Shown here piece after piece: positions 61,626-64,000 of a DNA stretch of 64,000 nucleotides. Origin of the DNA: Tubulanus polymorphus. Lineage: Eukaryota > Animalia > Nemertea. A program made the position numbers and the translations under genes. Numbering within the stretch: the stretch's first letter is position 1; each line of letters opens with the position of its first letter. The notes under the pieces are model-generated. The model was not told where the DNA came from and made no database searches. It saw nothing but the letters and a program-made list of their open reading frames with translations. Location of the stretch: assembly GCF_964204645.1 (NCBI RefSeq), contig NC_134030.1:1595355-1659354 (forward strand). The letters run 5' to 3'.

Positions 61626-62507
61626 GAGAAACATTCAGACATAGTAACCGTTTTACTCGTGCTTTTCAACGACACCGTCTTATCACTCTGTAGAACGGCG
61701 ATCGCAGCGTGAAATTTGTAATCGTATTTCTCCGCTGAATTTGAATATTTGATACGCGACGCGCGTGATTGAAGCTTTGTTTATGTTCGTGCTTGCCGCG
61801 ATGAATTGTCATAAATATATCCTCCGTACAGGAGGACCATGAAAAGGTTTGAAGGGATCCCTAGTTAGCGCTTGTCCAGGTTTGGCTCTGGACCCGCTTG
61901 TTCGACTAGGCATCTTGTTGGAAATTTTGTCGACTGAAACTTCCGTAACTTTCGTTTTAGACCTCGCTGCTCGAAGAGCCGTTGCTGCGTCGGTTACTGT
62001 CATGCTTCGGCACAATTTTGAACGATTGTTGGAAACCGCCTTGTTCTTCTGCTGCAGATGTTGACTGTGTCGTACCCATAGTAAAGTAGCCATCTTAAAT
62101 TCAAATAGTTTCGGACATTTGAGGTCCTCATCAACTCCGAGTCTTCATTCAACTGCAGTTACTGCCATTTGCCAGTGTCTGATGTAGAAGTTCTGACTTG
62201 ACATTTTGATTTTCAGAATTAAAACCTTTTTTCTATTAAAGAAATTAGATATTGGTTAAAAAGAAATTAGATATTGGTTAAAAAACAAGTGAATAATTGT
62301 TTGTAAGAAAAAAGAAAATCATGTTAGAAAAAAATATAGATGTAAAAAAATATAGATGTAAGAAAAAAAAAGTATATTGTAAATCGACGAGACGACAGAA
62401 CCAGCATCAGCAACAACAACATCAGAGGAAGCAGTAACCAGTTATTTATCAGCTCCATAAATTACTGAAACGAAATCCACAACTTGGAAACCAACCACAC
62501 TCAACTC

Positions 62508-64000
62508 TAGAATTGTTCATACAACTGTCAACATGGAGTTCATCTCACAAGCAAATTAGGTAATTATCTTATGAAATTGTATGAATTGCCAATTTAACAT
62601 TTTTGCATTTCAAGTAGGTGTAATTGAATGTTTGTCAACCTTACTCTTATAAAACTGTGTTAACCGTTGAACAGGATTCTAAGACTGTGCAGAAAACCCG
62701 TTATCGCTGCTTTGCAGCTATAATTATCTGATAAATTAGTATGGAATGCCAATTTTACATTTTTGCATTTAAGTTTAAGTGAGTTTAAAATCACGTTTCA
62801 TTTGTTGTTTATTTTGTCTTTTCAGTTTTCAATTTGCCGAGATCAGTCGTCAAAAACTGTTACAACGGAAACTAAGATAACAAAGACTTGATTTGGCAAA
62901 GATTGAAGAAATCCTGCGAAAAGATTATTCATGAATTGTTCATACAACTGTCAACACGGAGTTCATCTCACAAGCAAATTAGGTAATTATCTTATGATTT
63001 TGAAAGAAATGCTAATTTTTACTCGTTAATTTTTTTACAAATAAGTTGACTTTGAAATCTTTATTAATTTCTTGTTTATTTTGTTTTTTCAGTTTTCAAT
63101 TTGCCGAGATCAGTCATCAAAAACTGTTACAACGGAAACTAAGATAACAAAGACTTGATTTGGCAAAGATTGAAGAAATCCTGCGAAAAGCTTATTCAAG
63201 AATTGTTCATACAACTGTCAACATGGAGTTCATCTCACAAGCAAATTAGGTAGTTATCTTATGATTTTGTATGAAATGCTAATTTTTACTCGTTAATTTT
63301 TTACAAATAAGTTGACTTTGAAATCTTTATTAATTTCTTGTTTATTTTGTTTTTTCAGTTTTCAATTTGCCGAGATCAGTCATCAAAAACTGTTACAACG
63401 GAAACTAAGATAACAAAGACTTGATTTTGCAAAGATTGAAGAAATCCTGCGAAAAGCTTATTCATGAACTGTTCATACAACTGTCAACATGGAGTTCATC
63501 TCACAAGCAAATTAGGTAGTTATCTTATGATTTTGTATGAAATGCTAATTTTTACTCGTTAATTTTTTACAAATAAGTTGACTTTGAAATCTTTATTAAT
63601 TTCTTGTTTATTTTGTTTTTTCAGTCTTCAATTTGCCGAGATCAGTCATAAAAAAACTGTTACAACGGAAACTAAGATAACAAAGACTTGATTTGGCAAA
63701 GATTGAAGAAATCCTGCGAAGAGATTATTCAAGAATTGTTCATACAACTGTCAACATGGAGTTCATCTCACAAGCAAATTAGGTAGTTATCTTATGATTT
63801 TGTATGAAATGCTAATTTTACATTTTTGCATTTAAGTTTAAATGAGTTTAAAATCACGTTTCATTTGTTGTTTATTTTGTCTTTCCAGTTTTCAATTTGC
63901 CGAGATCAGTCGTCAGAAAACTGTTACAATGGAAACTAAGATAACAAAGACTTGATTTCGGCAAAGATTGAAGAAATCCTGAGAAGAGATTATTCATGAA
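62508..64000 (+). repeat. ~266-bp tandem repeat shaped as ~157-nt exon plus ~110-nt intron; runs off the window
   Basis: Acceptor-like sites ending 62825, 63092, 63358, 63624, 63888; donor-like caaattag|gta(a/g)tt. Confidence 0.9.

Noticed and set aside
61332-61712. Three overlapping ORFs
   Set aside because: Minisatellite artefact
63250-63358. snoRNA hosted in the repeated introns
   Set aside because: No C/D box pair (RUGAUGA...CUGA) or H/ACA two-hairpin structure visible

Overview
AT-rich eukaryotic (invertebrate animal-like) genomic DNA dominated by repeats. Most ORFs in the track are artefacts. Four things are well supported. (1) An intact, very young DIRS1-like tyrosine-recombinase retrotransposon (38306-44421) with gag, RT/RNase H/methyltransferase-like and YR ORFs, identical ITRs and an ICR, inserted without a TSD into a 21-22 bp satellite. 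A decayed sister copy lies at 49714-55265. (2) A 9-exon, micro-exon-rich gene on the + strand (45259-58426) that the ORF track misses. I assembled it by hand from GT-AG signals, and all nine exons join in frame into a 344-aa, largely disordered, motif-rich protein with no family I recognise. (3) An ~11 kb minus-strand cluster (21-31.6 kb) of multiplied, re-ordered, partly intact and partly broken copies of that gene's exons, including ~14 copies of a cassette MPKAxKKTxGAGPSTSSPY, several starting AG|ATG, and paralogues lacking specific introns. (4) Many tandem arrays, several built from repeating acceptor-exon-donor units with no coding frame, plus MITEs and hairpins. All coordinates were read by eye and may be off by a few bases.
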